From an uncultured Hyphomicrobiales bacterium (GTDB lineage Bacteria; Pseudomonadota; Alphaproteobacteria; Reyranellales; JAQSWP01), in NCBI GenBank assembly GCA_964458605.1, contig CAYWLS010000016.1:29620-93619 (forward strand): a stretch of DNA of 64,000 nt. The letters run 5' to 3'. This document shows, one piece after another, positions 44,991 to 53,676 of the stretch. The position numbers and the translations under genes are program-made. Numbering within the stretch: the stretch's first letter is position 1; every line of letters begins with the position of its first letter. The notes beneath the pieces are model-generated. The model was not told the origin of the DNA. It was given only the letters and a program-made list of their open reading frames with translations, and did not search any database.

Positions 44991-45707
44991 ATGCAACCGC
45001 AACCCAACGTGCCCCATTCCACCGCCGAGACCGACGACATGGTGCTGCAGCGCCTGCTCGACGGCCGCTATAGCTGCCGCGCCTTCCAGCCGCGGCAGGT
45101 GCCGCGCGACGTGATCGAGCGCCTGCTGGTGCTGGCGCAGCGCACGCCGTCCTGGTGCAACACCCAGCCCTGGCACCTGCACATCACCAGCGGCGCGGCG
45201 ACCGACCGCTTCCGCGACGCCTTCTACAAATTCATGCAGGGCAATCCCGCCCCGCAGAGCGACATCCCGCCGCCGCGCGAATATCGCGGCATCTCGCTGG
45301 CGCGACGGCGCGAATGCGGCGCGGCGCTCTACGAATCGGTCGGCATCGCCCGCGGCGACAAGGAGGCCTATGCGCGCCAGGCGCTGGAGAATTTCCGCCT
45401 GTTCGGCGCGCCGCATGTCGCCATCATCACCACCGACGAGCCGCTGGGCGCCTATGGCGCGGTCGATGTCGGCGCCTATGTCAGCACTTTCCTGCTGGCC
45501 GCCCAGTCGCTGGGCCTGTCGAGCATTCCCCAGGCGGCGCTGGCGATCTATGGCGGCGGCTTCGTGCGCGACTATTTCAAGATCGCCGAGGACCGCATCC
45601 TGGTGTGCGGCATTTCCTTCGGCTACGGCGATTCCAGCCATCCGATCAACCAGTTCCGCACCACCCGCGCCGCGCCCGAAGAGGCAGCGACGTTCCACGA
45701 CACCTGA
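44991..45707 (+). CDS. nitroreductase family protein
   Basis: Met33 of ORF 44895..45707. Motifs RYSCRAFQPRQVPRDVIERLLVLAQRTPSWCNTQPW. Confidence 0.8.
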   Translation: MQPQPNVPHSTAETDDMVLQRLLDGRYSCRAFQPRQVPRDVIERLLVLAQRTPSWCNTQPWHLHITSGAATDRFRDAFYKFMQGNPAPQSDIPPPREYRGISLARRRECGAALYESVGIARGDKEAYARQALENFRLFGAPHVAIITTDEPLGAYGAVDVGAYVSTFLLAAQSLGLSSIPQAALAIYGGGFVRDYFKIAEDRILVCGISFGYGDSSHPINQFRTTRAAPEEAATFHDT

Positions 45708-45722
45708 AGCGACGGGGCGATC

Positions 45723-46574
45723 ATGGAGTTGATCAGGCAATGGCGCTGCTTCGGCGGCCGGCAGCAGCTATGGCAGCATCGCTCGGCGGCGCTGGACTGC
45801 CCCATGCAGTTCGCCGTCTACCTGCCGCCCCAGGTCGCCGGCAGCAGCACCACCAACGGCGCCGTACCGCCGGTGCTGTATTTCCTGTCCGGCCTGACCT
45901 GCACCTGGGAGAATTTCACCGCCAAGGCCGGCGCCCAGCGCTATGCCGCGCAGCACGGGCTGGCGCTGGTGATGCCCGACACCTCGCCGCGCGGCATCGA
46001 CCTGCCGGGCCAGGACGACAGCTACGATTTCGGCTCGGGCGCCGGCTTCTATGTCGATGCCACCCAGCCGCCCTGGTCGAAGCACTATCGGATGTATTCC
46101 TACGTCACCGAGGAGCTGCCGGCGCTGGTCGCCCGGCACCTACCGGTCGATGCCACGCGCAGCAGCATCGCCGGCCATTCGATGGGCGGCCATGGCGCGC
46201 TGGTCGCTGCGTTCCGCAACCCGCAGCGCTATCGCGCGGTCTCGGCTCTGGCGCCGATCGTGGCGCCCAGCCAGGTGCCGTGGGGCGTCAAGGCCTTCGC
46301 CGGCTATCTCGGCGAGGATCGCGCGCACTGGGCGCCATACGATGCCACGGCGCTGGCTGCCACCACGACATGGCGCCGGCCGATCCTGATCGACCAGGGC
46401 GGCGCCGACGAGTTCCTCGATAGCCAGCTCAAGCCGCAGCTGCTGGTCGAGGCCTGCGCCAAAGCCGGCATCGCGCTCGATTACCGCCAGCACGACGGCT
46501 ACGACCACAGCTATTATTTCATCGCCAGCTTCATCGGCGATCACATCGCCTTCCATGCCCGGGCGCTGGCGTGA
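45723..46574 (+). CDS. fghA: S-formylglutathione hydrolase (esterase D)
   Basis: FAVYLPPQ, YFLSGLTCTWENF and GHSMGGHGAL, plus HDGYDHSYYFI, typical of FghA/FrmB. Confidence 0.9.
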   Translation: MELIRQWRCFGGRQQLWQHRSAALDCPMQFAVYLPPQVAGSSTTNGAVPPVLYFLSGLTCTWENFTAKAGAQRYAAQHGLALVMPDTSPRGIDLPGQDDSYDFGSGAGFYVDATQPPWSKHYRMYSYVTEELPALVARHLPVDATRSSIAGHSMGGHGALVAAFRNPQRYRAVSALAPIVAPSQVPWGVKAFAGYLGEDRAHWAPYDATALAATTTWRRPILIDQGGADEFLDSQLKPQLLVEACAKAGIALDYRQHDGYDHSYYFIASFIGDHIAFHARALA

Positions 46575-46614
46575 GCGGTGGGGCGCCGGCCAGCGCGGCC
46601 GGCTTAAAGCGCCT

Positions 46615-47157
46615 TCACGGCGGCGTCAGGCCAAGCTGCGGAGCCCGCTCGCTGGCATAGCGCATATAGCTCGCCATGAGGGACCGCAACGTGGCGACCT
46701 CGCCCGCCGACAATGTCGGATGGTAGACTTTGCCCTCGCCGCGCATGGCCGAAAGGTTATTGCCGAAGAACAGCTTGTCGTAGATTGACGCGGTCGCGCC
46801 GGACTCCAACGAGGCCATGTCGCCAGCCAACGAGGCGACAAGATCCTCCAGCAGATTCCAGCCTTCGAGGAGAATGGCGCAGGTGCCGGCTGCAAGACGC
46901 CGCTGCGGCGCCAGCGCCGCCAGTGCTGACAGGAATTCGTCCAGGTCGAATTCCGCGGCTTCATCCCAATGAACCGTGTCGGACGAGCCGGGGTTCAGCT
47001 TGCGTCGCATCTGCGGCATCGATTCGGCCGACAACAGCTCGCCAGTCGGCAGCAGCAGGAACGAGTCCCGCTCCGCCTCGCCGGTCGACCACATCAGAAT
47101 CGTGTCGCCACCGCGACAGCGGAGCGTATAGGGATAAATGTCTCTAGGTTCCGTCAT
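46615..47157 (-). CDS. hypothetical protein (180 aa), no recognisable family
   Basis: Full ORF with ordinary amino-acid composition; the first gene of the lower-GC islet. Confidence 0.5.
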   Translation of the reverse strand: MTEPRDIYPYTLRCRGGDTILMWSTGEAERDSFLLLPTGELLSAESMPQMRRKLNPGSSDTVHWDEAAEFDLDEFLSALAALAPQRRLAAGTCAILLEGWNLLEDLVASLAGDMASLESGATASIYDKLFFGNNLSAMRGEGKVYHPTLSAGEVATLRSLMASYMRYASERAPQLGLTPP

Positions 47158-47181
47158 CTGGCGCCGCTCGCACCGAACACC

Positions 47182-47439
47182 TCATCCCAATTCGAGCGCC
47201 TCCGCTTCGGTGCCGGCGACGAAGCAAAACTGCCGGAAGAAATCGTCGACCACAAAGACCTCGTGATCGACGGCCTCAACGTCGCCCAATCCGCCGAAGC
47301 TGGGCGTCAGACGAACCGATTCCAGTCGATAAACCAGCGCATCGTAACCCGCACCCGCGTCCAGCGCCCTGATCTCGACACGAAATCGCAGGGTTGCTCC
47401 GCCTCCGGAACGATCTCCTGCAGATCGACCACCCGGCAT
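47182..47439 (-). CDS. small hypothetical protein, start or frame uncertain
   Basis: An 85-aa ORF. The overlapping 60-aa ORF 47307..47489 in another frame has a plausible N-terminus (MHVKATVCRVVDLQEIVPEAEQ) that would read on into TLRFRVEIRALDAG... after a 1-nt shift. Confidence 0.35.
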   Translation of the reverse strand: MPGGRSAGDRSGGGATLRFRVEIRALDAGAGYDALVYRLESVRLTPSFGGLGDVEAVDHEVFVVDDFFRQFCFVAGTEAEALELG

Positions 47440-47495
47440 ACCGTCGCCTTCACGTGCATGGCATCGCGCCGTCCAATCGCGGCGTGCACGGCGCT

Positions 47496-47999
47496 CTACA
47501 ACTCAATCTTTTCATATATCGCATCGATTCTTTGTTTAAAGCCGGCTTCCCTGCCAGAAGTTTTTTTCCTCAAGATATCGATCGCCATGAGAACGCCGAC
47601 CTTCTGGAATCTCGAATGGGCACGTACCGACAATTCGTCGATCGCATCCAGCGCCGTCTCCCCCTCGTAAGATCGCGCAACGAAATCGCCGACAACAAAA
47701 CAAAGCGTTTCGCCTTCATAGTTCGGATAATTCTCAATCAGGATCTTCAACAAATCGGCTTTCTGCGATTGCGACAATAAATCCAACGACCAATGCAATT
47801 CAAAAAGGAAAGATTCGATGCTTTCCGTATTGCGGAGCTCCGGATCGGATAGAGTCTCAACCGCAAATTCGAAGTAATCCGCCGACAGCGTCTTTTGCAG
47901 TAACAGCCCCTCCGAAAAAGCGTCGACCAGATCTCTCAAGACAGCGCCAGGCTCGCGCACCCGTTGTTTCAATTGTTGCGACAGCTCTTTACCGGTCAT
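47496..47999 (-). CDS. hypothetical all-alpha protein (167 aa), no recognisable family
   Basis: An ORF in the most AT-rich part of the window. Leu/Glu-rich helical composition with no motifs recognised. Confidence 0.55.
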   Translation of the reverse strand: MTGKELSQQLKQRVREPGAVLRDLVDAFSEGLLLQKTLSADYFEFAVETLSDPELRNTESIESFLFELHWSLDLLSQSQKADLLKILIENYPNYEGETLCFVVGDFVARSYEGETALDAIDELSVRAHSRFQKVGVLMAIDILRKKTSGREAGFKQRIDAIYEKIEL

Positions 48000-48071
48000 C
48001 CGTTAGCCGCCTTCCTAACAAAGTCCCGGCGGGACGCAGCCCGCTCTTCCGCCAAAGGTCGGCGAACTCCG

Positions 48072-48485
48072 TCAAAAAAAGGAAAGAGTAAGCCTTACGG
48101 GAACGCCTATATGCGCCAATCGCGACATTTGCATCGGACTGATCTCGAACTCATGTGTCTTTTCGCATCCTCCAGCGACGAAAATATCGATATAGGCCTC
48201 CTCCAGCCCCTTTATCGTGCAGATCTTTCCGGTATCGAAATCGATCTTCGCCAGGAATGCCTCGATATGGTCCGCCAAACGATCCGAGCACGGCTCGGGC
48301 TTGGCTTTGAGATTCCATATCCCGATTTTCCTGACGTATTTTCGGCCTTCCTTGCCGAACTGCACCTGCCCCTTGAACTGGCCGTAGTCCGGCTTTTTGC
48401 CAAGCACCTCCGAAGCTACGCTCGGATCGAGGCTATCTCCACGAAGCCACAAGCCGACGGAAATCGCATATTTTGATTCAGGCAT
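48072..48485 (-). CDS. DUF4279-like small protein (tentative)
   Basis: Start at Met28 of ORF 48072..48566 (MPESKYAISVGLWLRGDSLDPSVASEVLGKKPDY...). Length and pattern resemble my recollection of DUF4279. Confidence 0.45.
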   Translation of the reverse strand: MPESKYAISVGLWLRGDSLDPSVASEVLGKKPDYGQFKGQVQFGKEGRKYVRKIGIWNLKAKPEPCSDRLADHIEAFLAKIDFDTGKICTIKGLEEAYIDIFVAGGCEKTHEFEISPMQMSRLAHIGVPVRLTLSFF

Positions 48486-48584
48486 TTTTTGCTCCAAAAT
48501 ATCGGATCGGTGTATCCAGCCTGCATCGACATGCTTACCCGCCGTCCGGGTGCCGCCACCAGTCAAGGCCTAGTCAGGGCCTGG

Positions 48585-48761
48585 CTACAGGCTCTCCGAG
48601 AAGCCCCTCAACGCATTGATCAGCGTGCACACTTCGTGCTTGGCCAATTCAACCGGGTCGCCATATCTGTCGCGAGCGATCAGGCTTATTGCGCCACCTT
48701 CATTGATCCAGATCCGGACATCGCTGCCAAAAAGCTCTCGGCTGCGTCCATCATTCGACAT
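48585..48761 (-). CDS. small hypothetical protein (58 aa from Met19)
   Basis: ORF 48585..48815. MSNDGRSRELFGSDVRIWINEGGAISLIARDRYGDPVELAKHEVCTLINAL. Confidence 0.35.
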   Translation of the reverse strand: MSNDGRSRELFGSDVRIWINEGGAISLIARDRYGDPVELAKHEVCTLINALRGFSESL

Positions 48762-48804
48762 GATCGACTCTCTCTGATTCTGCGGAGACGGACCGTCCGA
48801 CTGG

Positions 48805-49299
48805 TCACACTCCATTCCTGGCCGCTCGCACGGTCCGGCGAAGGAATGGAATCGTCCTCGCCCATACCAGCAGATAGTTCATTCCAAAAAGCCACACGAA
48901 ACTTGCGGCGACAACGATGGCTATCGTTGGCCAGGCGATCCGGTTGGCCATCGCGACCAGCGAAATAAAGACAAGCAGACCCACGGCGATTATGAACAAT
49001 CTCATCGTCGACAGGCGATAGACGACGAGAATGTCGGGACCGCGCCGCACGACTTCGAATATTCCCGAGCCGACACCGACATAGCGGAAAAACGACCACT
49101 GCATTCCGGCATCGTTCTCGAAGCGTAATGTGTTTTGCCGCCGAACCGACTTTATGCCTTGAGCCTCAAGGTCCTTCGCGATCGACTCCAAAATTGCGTC
49201 CGACGCCGAAGCCGGAAGATTTCCGCCCTTTATCTGGCCCTTGATTTCGACGAGCCACATCGCCTCGAGATCGACGTCGGTGTCAGCGGATTTCCTCAT
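48805..49299 (-). CDS. hypothetical membrane protein (soluble N-domain plus two C-terminal TM helices)
   Basis: Hydrophobic segments LFIIAVGLLVFISLVAMA and WPTIAIVVAASFVWLFGMNYLLVWA. Confidence 0.5.
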   Translation of the reverse strand: MRKSADTDVDLEAMWLVEIKGQIKGGNLPASASDAILESIAKDLEAQGIKSVRRQNTLRFENDAGMQWSFFRYVGVGSGIFEVVRRGPDILVVYRLSTMRLFIIAVGLLVFISLVAMANRIAWPTIAIVVAASFVWLFGMNYLLVWARTIPFLRRTVRAARNGV

Positions 49300-49407
49300 C
49301 TGGTTGTCGAGGATAACTCAAATGCAACTGCGAGCGCCAGCCATCCAGGGCAGCACGGACACCGCTTCGCTCAGTCTCGGCAGGCAGGGAAAAGCATTGG
49401 GGGCGAG

Positions 49408-49483
49408 TGGTGCCCAGGGCCGGAATCGAACCAGCGACACTGCGATTTTCAGTCGCATGCTCTACCAACTGAGCTACCTGGGC
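49408..49483 (-). tRNA. tRNA-Phe (anticodon GAA), CCA encoded
   Basis: The reverse complement reads GCCCAGGTAGCTCAGTTGGTAGAGCATGCGACTGAAAATCGCAGTGTCGCTGGTTCGATTCCGGCCCTGGGCACCA. It has a 7-bp acceptor stem, a CT-GAA-AA anticodon loop and the GGTTCGATTCC T-arm. Confidence 0.95.
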
Positions 49484-49711
49484 CCGCGCGCTCGAATGCC
49501 GGCGAGTTGGCGTCGCGGGCAGCGCCGTCCGGCCATTGGCGCCGGTCGGGCCGGGTGCTTATAGAAGAACGGGCGGGCGCTGTCCAGCCTTCCGGCTCGG
49601 CCCCGGTGCCGCCGTTTTAGGCTGCGATTCCCGTCACTTGCGCCGCGTCGCCCGCGACGCCGCATGGCGCCTCTGCTATGCTGCCCGCCGCACCGAGGAG
49701 GGTGCCCAAGC

Positions 49712-50215
49712 ATGACCGGTTCGACGATTTGCAGGCGCGGGCTGCTGGCGGCCGCCGCGCTGTTGCTCGCCCTGGCGCCGATGACGCTGCTGCCGCTGGC
49801 CGGCGCGCGCGCCGCCGATCCCGCCGCCGAGGCCTTCCTGCACGACATCTATGCCCAGTATGGCGGCGCCAACACGCCGGGCGTTTCGCTCGACACCGAC
49901 GAGGCGCTCAACCGCTATTTCGAGCCCGACCTGGTGGCCCTCCTGGTCAAGGACATGGACGAGGCCAACAAGAACAACGAGGTGCCTAAGCTCGACGGCG
50001 ATCCGTTCGTCGATGCCCAGGACTGGGACATCACCCAACTGTCGATCGCCGTCGCCGACGCCGGCGCCGACCGCGCCCAGGCCACGGTGAACTTCCAGAA
50101 CTTCAAGCAGCCCAAGACCGTGAAGCTCGACCTGGTCAGGCTGGGCGGCAAGTGGAAGATCCACGACATCCGCTGGGCCGAAGGCACGCTGCGCGAGCTG
50201 CTGACCTCGCCTTGA
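49712..50215 (+). CDS. exported protein of unknown function (DUF3828-like, tentative)
   Basis: Met17 of ORF 49664..50215 with GAGGAGG upstream. Signal-like CRRGLLAAAALLLALAPMTLLPLAGARA. Confidence 0.6.
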   Translation: MTGSTICRRGLLAAAALLLALAPMTLLPLAGARAADPAAEAFLHDIYAQYGGANTPGVSLDTDEALNRYFEPDLVALLVKDMDEANKNNEVPKLDGDPFVDAQDWDITQLSIAVADAGADRAQATVNFQNFKQPKTVKLDLVRLGGKWKIHDIRWAEGTLRELLTSP

Positions 50216-50357
50216 TCACGCCGTGCGAAGCCGAATTCCGGAATCGCTTCAATCGGGCATTGGAGCGCGCCGCCGCCGTAGATCGCCGCCTGGGCGGGCA
50301 CCCTCGCCGAAACGGTGCTGATTGAGCTTCACGACAGCAGTCATGTGGGGGAGTCGC

Positions 50358-50579
50358 CTATCGATCAACGATGCGGTGGCCAGTATCTACCTTGGGCCAG
50401 AGCCATTTTACAAAGTCATCGACATAGCCGTGATCGCCGTCACCGACGAAAACACCATATTTTTCGTTCGGATCAGCGGCCACCCGCCGGTTCCCTTCGC
50501 CGCCACTTTCCAGCCGGATGATTTGGGGCCATTCAGGCTCATTGAGACAATCGCCATAGCCGACCAGCGCGACGGCCGA
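50358..50579 (-). pseudogene. possible C-terminal gene remnant without a start codon
   Basis: My hand translation of the minus strand gives SAVALVGYGDCLNEPEWPQIIRLESGGEGNRRVAADPNEKYGVFVGDGDHGYVDDFVKWLWPKVDTGHRIVDR*. It is bounded upstream by an in-frame TGA, with no ATG/GTG/TTG before codon ~26. The local GC is low. Confidence 0.3.
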
Positions 50580-50626
50580 TCATTGCCTCGCCGTACCAGT
50601 AGCTTGATGCCTCCGACTGCCCCCGC

Positions 50627-50845
50627 TCACGGCCGCTTGGGCGGCGGCAGATCCTGCTCGCCCAGGCTGTCGTCCTCGTCGAGATTGGGGCCGGCCGGAA
50701 TGCGATAGCCTTCCTTCAGCCAGCGCCCCAGATCGATATCGGCGCAGCGCCGCGAACAGAACGGCTTGTGCTCGGCCATGGCCGGCTGGCCGCAGATCGG
50801 ACAGGTGGGCGGCTTGACCAGCCGCAGCTTGGGCGTCTCTGCCAT
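50627..50845 (-). CDS. yacG: DNA gyrase inhibitor YacG (zinc finger)
   Basis: CPICGQP...FCSRRCADIDLGRWL, the four-Cys zinc ribbon typical of YacG. Confidence 0.85.
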   Translation of the reverse strand: MAETPKLRLVKPPTCPICGQPAMAEHKPFCSRRCADIDLGRWLKEGYRIPAGPNLDEDDSLGEQDLPPPKRP

Positions 50846-50854
50846 GGCGCCAGT

Positions 50855-51499
50855 CTACTGCGCCACGCGCAGGCCGACAAAGCGCAGCTGATCGACCTTG
50901 AGCCCGCTGCTTGCCAGGATCTGGTCGATCGCCGCGGCGACCGGCGGTCCCAGCGCCGCCGCGGCGTCGGGCGCGCCGAGCTGGCCGTCGCTGCGCGCGG
51001 CGATGGCGTCGGCGATCGCCTGCTCCGCCGTGCGGCTGGCCAGCCGCGCCGCATCGTCGTCGGCGCCGGCGAATCGGATCCAGAATTTCCCGGCATCGAT
51101 CACGCGAAAGGTCAGCAGCGCCTCGTATTGCACCGTGCTGCCCTGCGCCGACTTCGCCGTGCGCCGCAGCGCGGGCAGCGGCCGGACGCCCTTGTCGATC
51201 TGCACCACGTGGTCGAGGATGGGAATGCGGTAGACATGGCCCGCTTGCTTGACGTCGACGATGCGGCCGCCACGGAAATGCAGCGCGTAATAGCCATCGG
51301 CCACGCGGGTGGTGTCGTAGTAGAGAATGCCGGCCACCGCGATCGCCGACAGCACGAACAGCGCGATCTCGATCCTGACCCGGCGCCGGCGCCTGGCCTT
51401 TGCCGCCTCCAGGGCCGCGGCCTGCTGGGCGCGCCGCTCCAGCGCCGCCCGCCGGCGCGCTTCGAGCATCTCATGACCCGATGGCAGACGATCGCTCAA
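50855..51499 (-). CDS. membrane-anchored protein, SPFH/band-7-like (tentative)
   Basis: Basic N-terminus and a single TM (IEIALFVLSAIAVAGILYY), then a pattern resembling SPFH domains (HVYRIPILDHVVQIDKGV...YEALLTFRVID). Confidence 0.5.
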   Translation of the reverse strand: MSDRLPSGHEMLEARRRAALERRAQQAAALEAAKARRRRRVRIEIALFVLSAIAVAGILYYDTTRVADGYYALHFRGGRIVDVKQAGHVYRIPILDHVVQIDKGVRPLPALRRTAKSAQGSTVQYEALLTFRVIDAGKFWIRFAGADDDAARLASRTAEQAIADAIAARSDGQLGAPDAAAALGPPVAAAIDQILASSGLKVDQLRFVGLRVAQ

Positions 51500-51515
51500 C
51501 GCAGCCTCCGCTCGG

Positions 51516-52694
51516 TCAGTCCGCGCCGCCAGCGGCGAAACGCTCCGCCAGGCTGGCGCCGCGCCGGGCGCGGGTCAGTTCGACCATGCCCAGCCGGGTC
51601 CAGCCTACCACCTGGCTGGGCGTCGGATCGGCCGCCAGCGCCACCGCCAGCCGGCCCAGCACCTGGTCGCGCTCGGCGCCGCTCTTCAGGGTGACGAAAT
51701 CGACCACCACGGCGCCGCCCAGGTTGCGCAGCCGCAACTGCCGGGCGATCTCCTCGGCCGCTTCCAGATTGGCCGCCAGCGGCGCGGCGCGTCCGCTATC
51801 GACGTCGATCGCGGTCAGCGCCCGCGTCGCCTCGATGCTGAGCGAGCCGCTGCCGCCCAGCGGCACCAGCGGATCGAGCGCCTGCTCGAGCTGGGCCTCG
51901 ATGTCGTGGATCTCGAAGATCGGCGTGCGGCCGTCGTGCTGGGTGACGACGAAGCCGTCGCCCTGGGCCTGGGCCAGTTCGCCCAGCTGGCGCGCCAGGC
52001 TCTTGCCGTCGATGCCGCCCTCGACCACCACATGCTGAAGCTGCCCGCCATGCTCGCGCAGCACCTGCTTCAGCTCGTCCTCGGCGGCGAACAGGCACAG
52101 CGGCGGCGCCGCGGTCAGCGCCCGCGCGCGCAGCCGGTCCCACAGCACCGACAGCCGCTGCACCTCCTGCGCCAGCGCCGCCGCATCGGCCTCGGCCGCG
52201 GCGGTGCGCGCCGTGATGCCGGTCTCCCGCGCCAGCGGCGCCAGGATCTCGCCCAGCCGGCGACGCTCGTCGGCATCGACGATGCGCGGGGAGATTTCCG
52301 CGCCGGTCTCCTGCGGCCGCAGCACCACCAGCCGTCCGGGCAAGGCCAGCTTCATCGACAGCCGCGCGCCTTTGTCGGAGGTCGCCTCGCGCGCCACCTG
52401 CACCAGCACCGGATCGCCCGGCCGCGGCCGGTCGGCCGCGCCGCCGATCATGTCGGCAGTCCGCAGGAAGCCGTCGCGCCCGCCGTCCTGGCGCGCGCCG
52501 ATATCGACGAAGGCGGCATCGAGCTGCGGCGCGGCAGTGGCGATGCGGCCCAGATGGATGGCGCCGATCTGGCCCGGCCGGTCGGGCTCCACCACGCGCA
52601 ATTCGATCAGGCGGCCTGCGCCCAGCAGCGCGATCTCCAGCCGTCGCTCGCGCCGGCGCAGCACCAGCTCGTCGACCAGGCCGGTCGGCGTCAT
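51516..52694 (-). CDS. rng: ribonuclease E/G family protein
   Basis: Met88 of ORF 51516..52955. S1-like IHLGRIATAAPQLDAAFVDIG, then TAIDVDSG and LRNLGGAVVVDF motifs. ATGA overlap with the maf stop. Confidence 0.75.
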   Translation of the reverse strand: MTPTGLVDELVLRRRERRLEIALLGAGRLIELRVVEPDRPGQIGAIHLGRIATAAPQLDAAFVDIGARQDGGRDGFLRTADMIGGAADRPRPGDPVLVQVAREATSDKGARLSMKLALPGRLVVLRPQETGAEISPRIVDADERRRLGEILAPLARETGITARTAAAEADAAALAQEVQRLSVLWDRLRARALTAAPPLCLFAAEDELKQVLREHGGQLQHVVVEGGIDGKSLARQLGELAQAQGDGFVVTQHDGRTPIFEIHDIEAQLEQALDPLVPLGGSGSLSIEATRALTAIDVDSGRAAPLAANLEAAEEIARQLRLRNLGGAVVVDFVTLKSGAERDQVLGRLAVALAADPTPSQVVGWTRLGMVELTRARRGASLAERFAAGGAD

Positions 52695-53275
52695 TGCGAC
52701 TCCAGCCCCGCCAGCCCCGAAGCCGCCAGCAGTGCGGCGGTCTCGAACAGCGGCAGCCCGACGACGTTGCTGTAGGAGCCCGACAGGAAGCCGACGAACA
52801 GCGCGGCGCGGCCCTGGATGGCGTAGCCGCCGGCCTTGCCGTGCCACTCGCCGCCGGCGATATAGGCGTCGATCTCGGCGGCGGTCAGGCGCTTGAAGCG
52901 CAGCACCGTGGTGACCAGCCGGAGGCGGCGGCGCCCGTCGGCGGCGATCGCGCACACGCCGCCCAGCACGCGATGGCGCCGGCCCGACAGCAGTTCCAGG
53001 CAGCGCCGCGCCGTGGCCGCGTCCTCGGCCTTGGGCAGGATGCGCCGGCCGCAGGCCACCACCGTATCGGCGCCCAGCACCAGCGCGCCTCGATGGCGCT
53101 GGGCGACCAGCGCCGCCTTGGCTTCGGCCAGGCGCCGCGCATAGTCGCGCGGCAGCTCGTCGCGCAGCGGCGTCTCGTCCAGCGATGCCGGATCGACCGC
53201 GTCGGGCGCGATGCCGATCTGCCGCAGCAGGTCGAGCCGGCGCGGCGAGGCGGAGGCCAGGATCAGGCGCGGCAT
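52691..53275 (-). CDS. maf: Maf-like nucleoside triphosphate pyrophosphatase
   Basis: Met38 of ORF 52691..53386. LILASASPRRLDLLRQIG, GADTVV and KAGGYAIQG. Confidence 0.9.
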   Translation of the reverse strand: MPRLILASASPRRLDLLRQIGIAPDAVDPASLDETPLRDELPRDYARRLAEAKAALVAQRHRGALVLGADTVVACGRRILPKAEDAATARRCLELLSGRRHRVLGGVCAIAADGRRRLRLVTTVLRFKRLTAAEIDAYIAGGEWHGKAGGYAIQGRAALFVGFLSGSYSNVVGLPLFETAALLAASGLAGLESQ

Positions 53276-53438
53276 GGCGGCAGATGGCGCTGGAAGGGAT
53301 GCGGCACGTGGGCTCCGTTGGCCGCTGGTGGACGCCGCGACGAACGCTGCGGCGCCGGGCGGGATACTCGCAAGGGCGCTCGGCACCTCGCCGCCGGCCC
53401 CTGCGGCCGGCCGGCCTGGCGCGCCGATGCGCCAGACG

Positions 53439-53657
53439 CTACTTGAAGCGGAAGACGATGCGGCCCTTGGTCAGGTCGTAGGGCGTCATCTCGACGTTCA
53501 CCTTGTCGCCTGCCAGCACGCGGATGCGATTCTTGCGCATCTTGCCCGAAGTATGGGCGAGAATTTCGTGGTCGTTGTCCAGCTTGACGCGGAACATGGC
53601 GTTGGGCAGCAACTCCATCACCGTGCCGGCAAACTCGATCAGGTCTTCCTTGGCCAT
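53439..53657 (-). CDS. infA: translation initiation factor IF-1
   Basis: Met22 of ORF 53439..53720. [72 protein letters not shown]. Confidence 0.97.
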   Translation of the reverse strand: MAKEDLIEFAGTVMELLPNAMFRVKLDNDHEILAHTSGKMRKNRIRVLAGDKVNVEMTPYDLTKGRIVFRFK

Positions 53658-53676
53658 CCGGCCTCCGTCGCGATGT

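Noticed and set aside
46600-49483. Calling the tRNA-Phe-adjacent islet a mobile element or integrative island.
   Set aside because: No integrase, recombinase or transposase ORF is present. By eye I could not find a direct repeat of the tRNA 3' segment at the fghA-proximal boundary. It is reported only as a compositionally distinct islet.
50322-50708. The plus-strand 128-aa ORF as a real gene.
   Set aside because: It overlaps yacG on the opposite strand, its C-terminal half is Ser/Arg/Pro/Gly low-complexity, and the opposite strand reads more protein-like.
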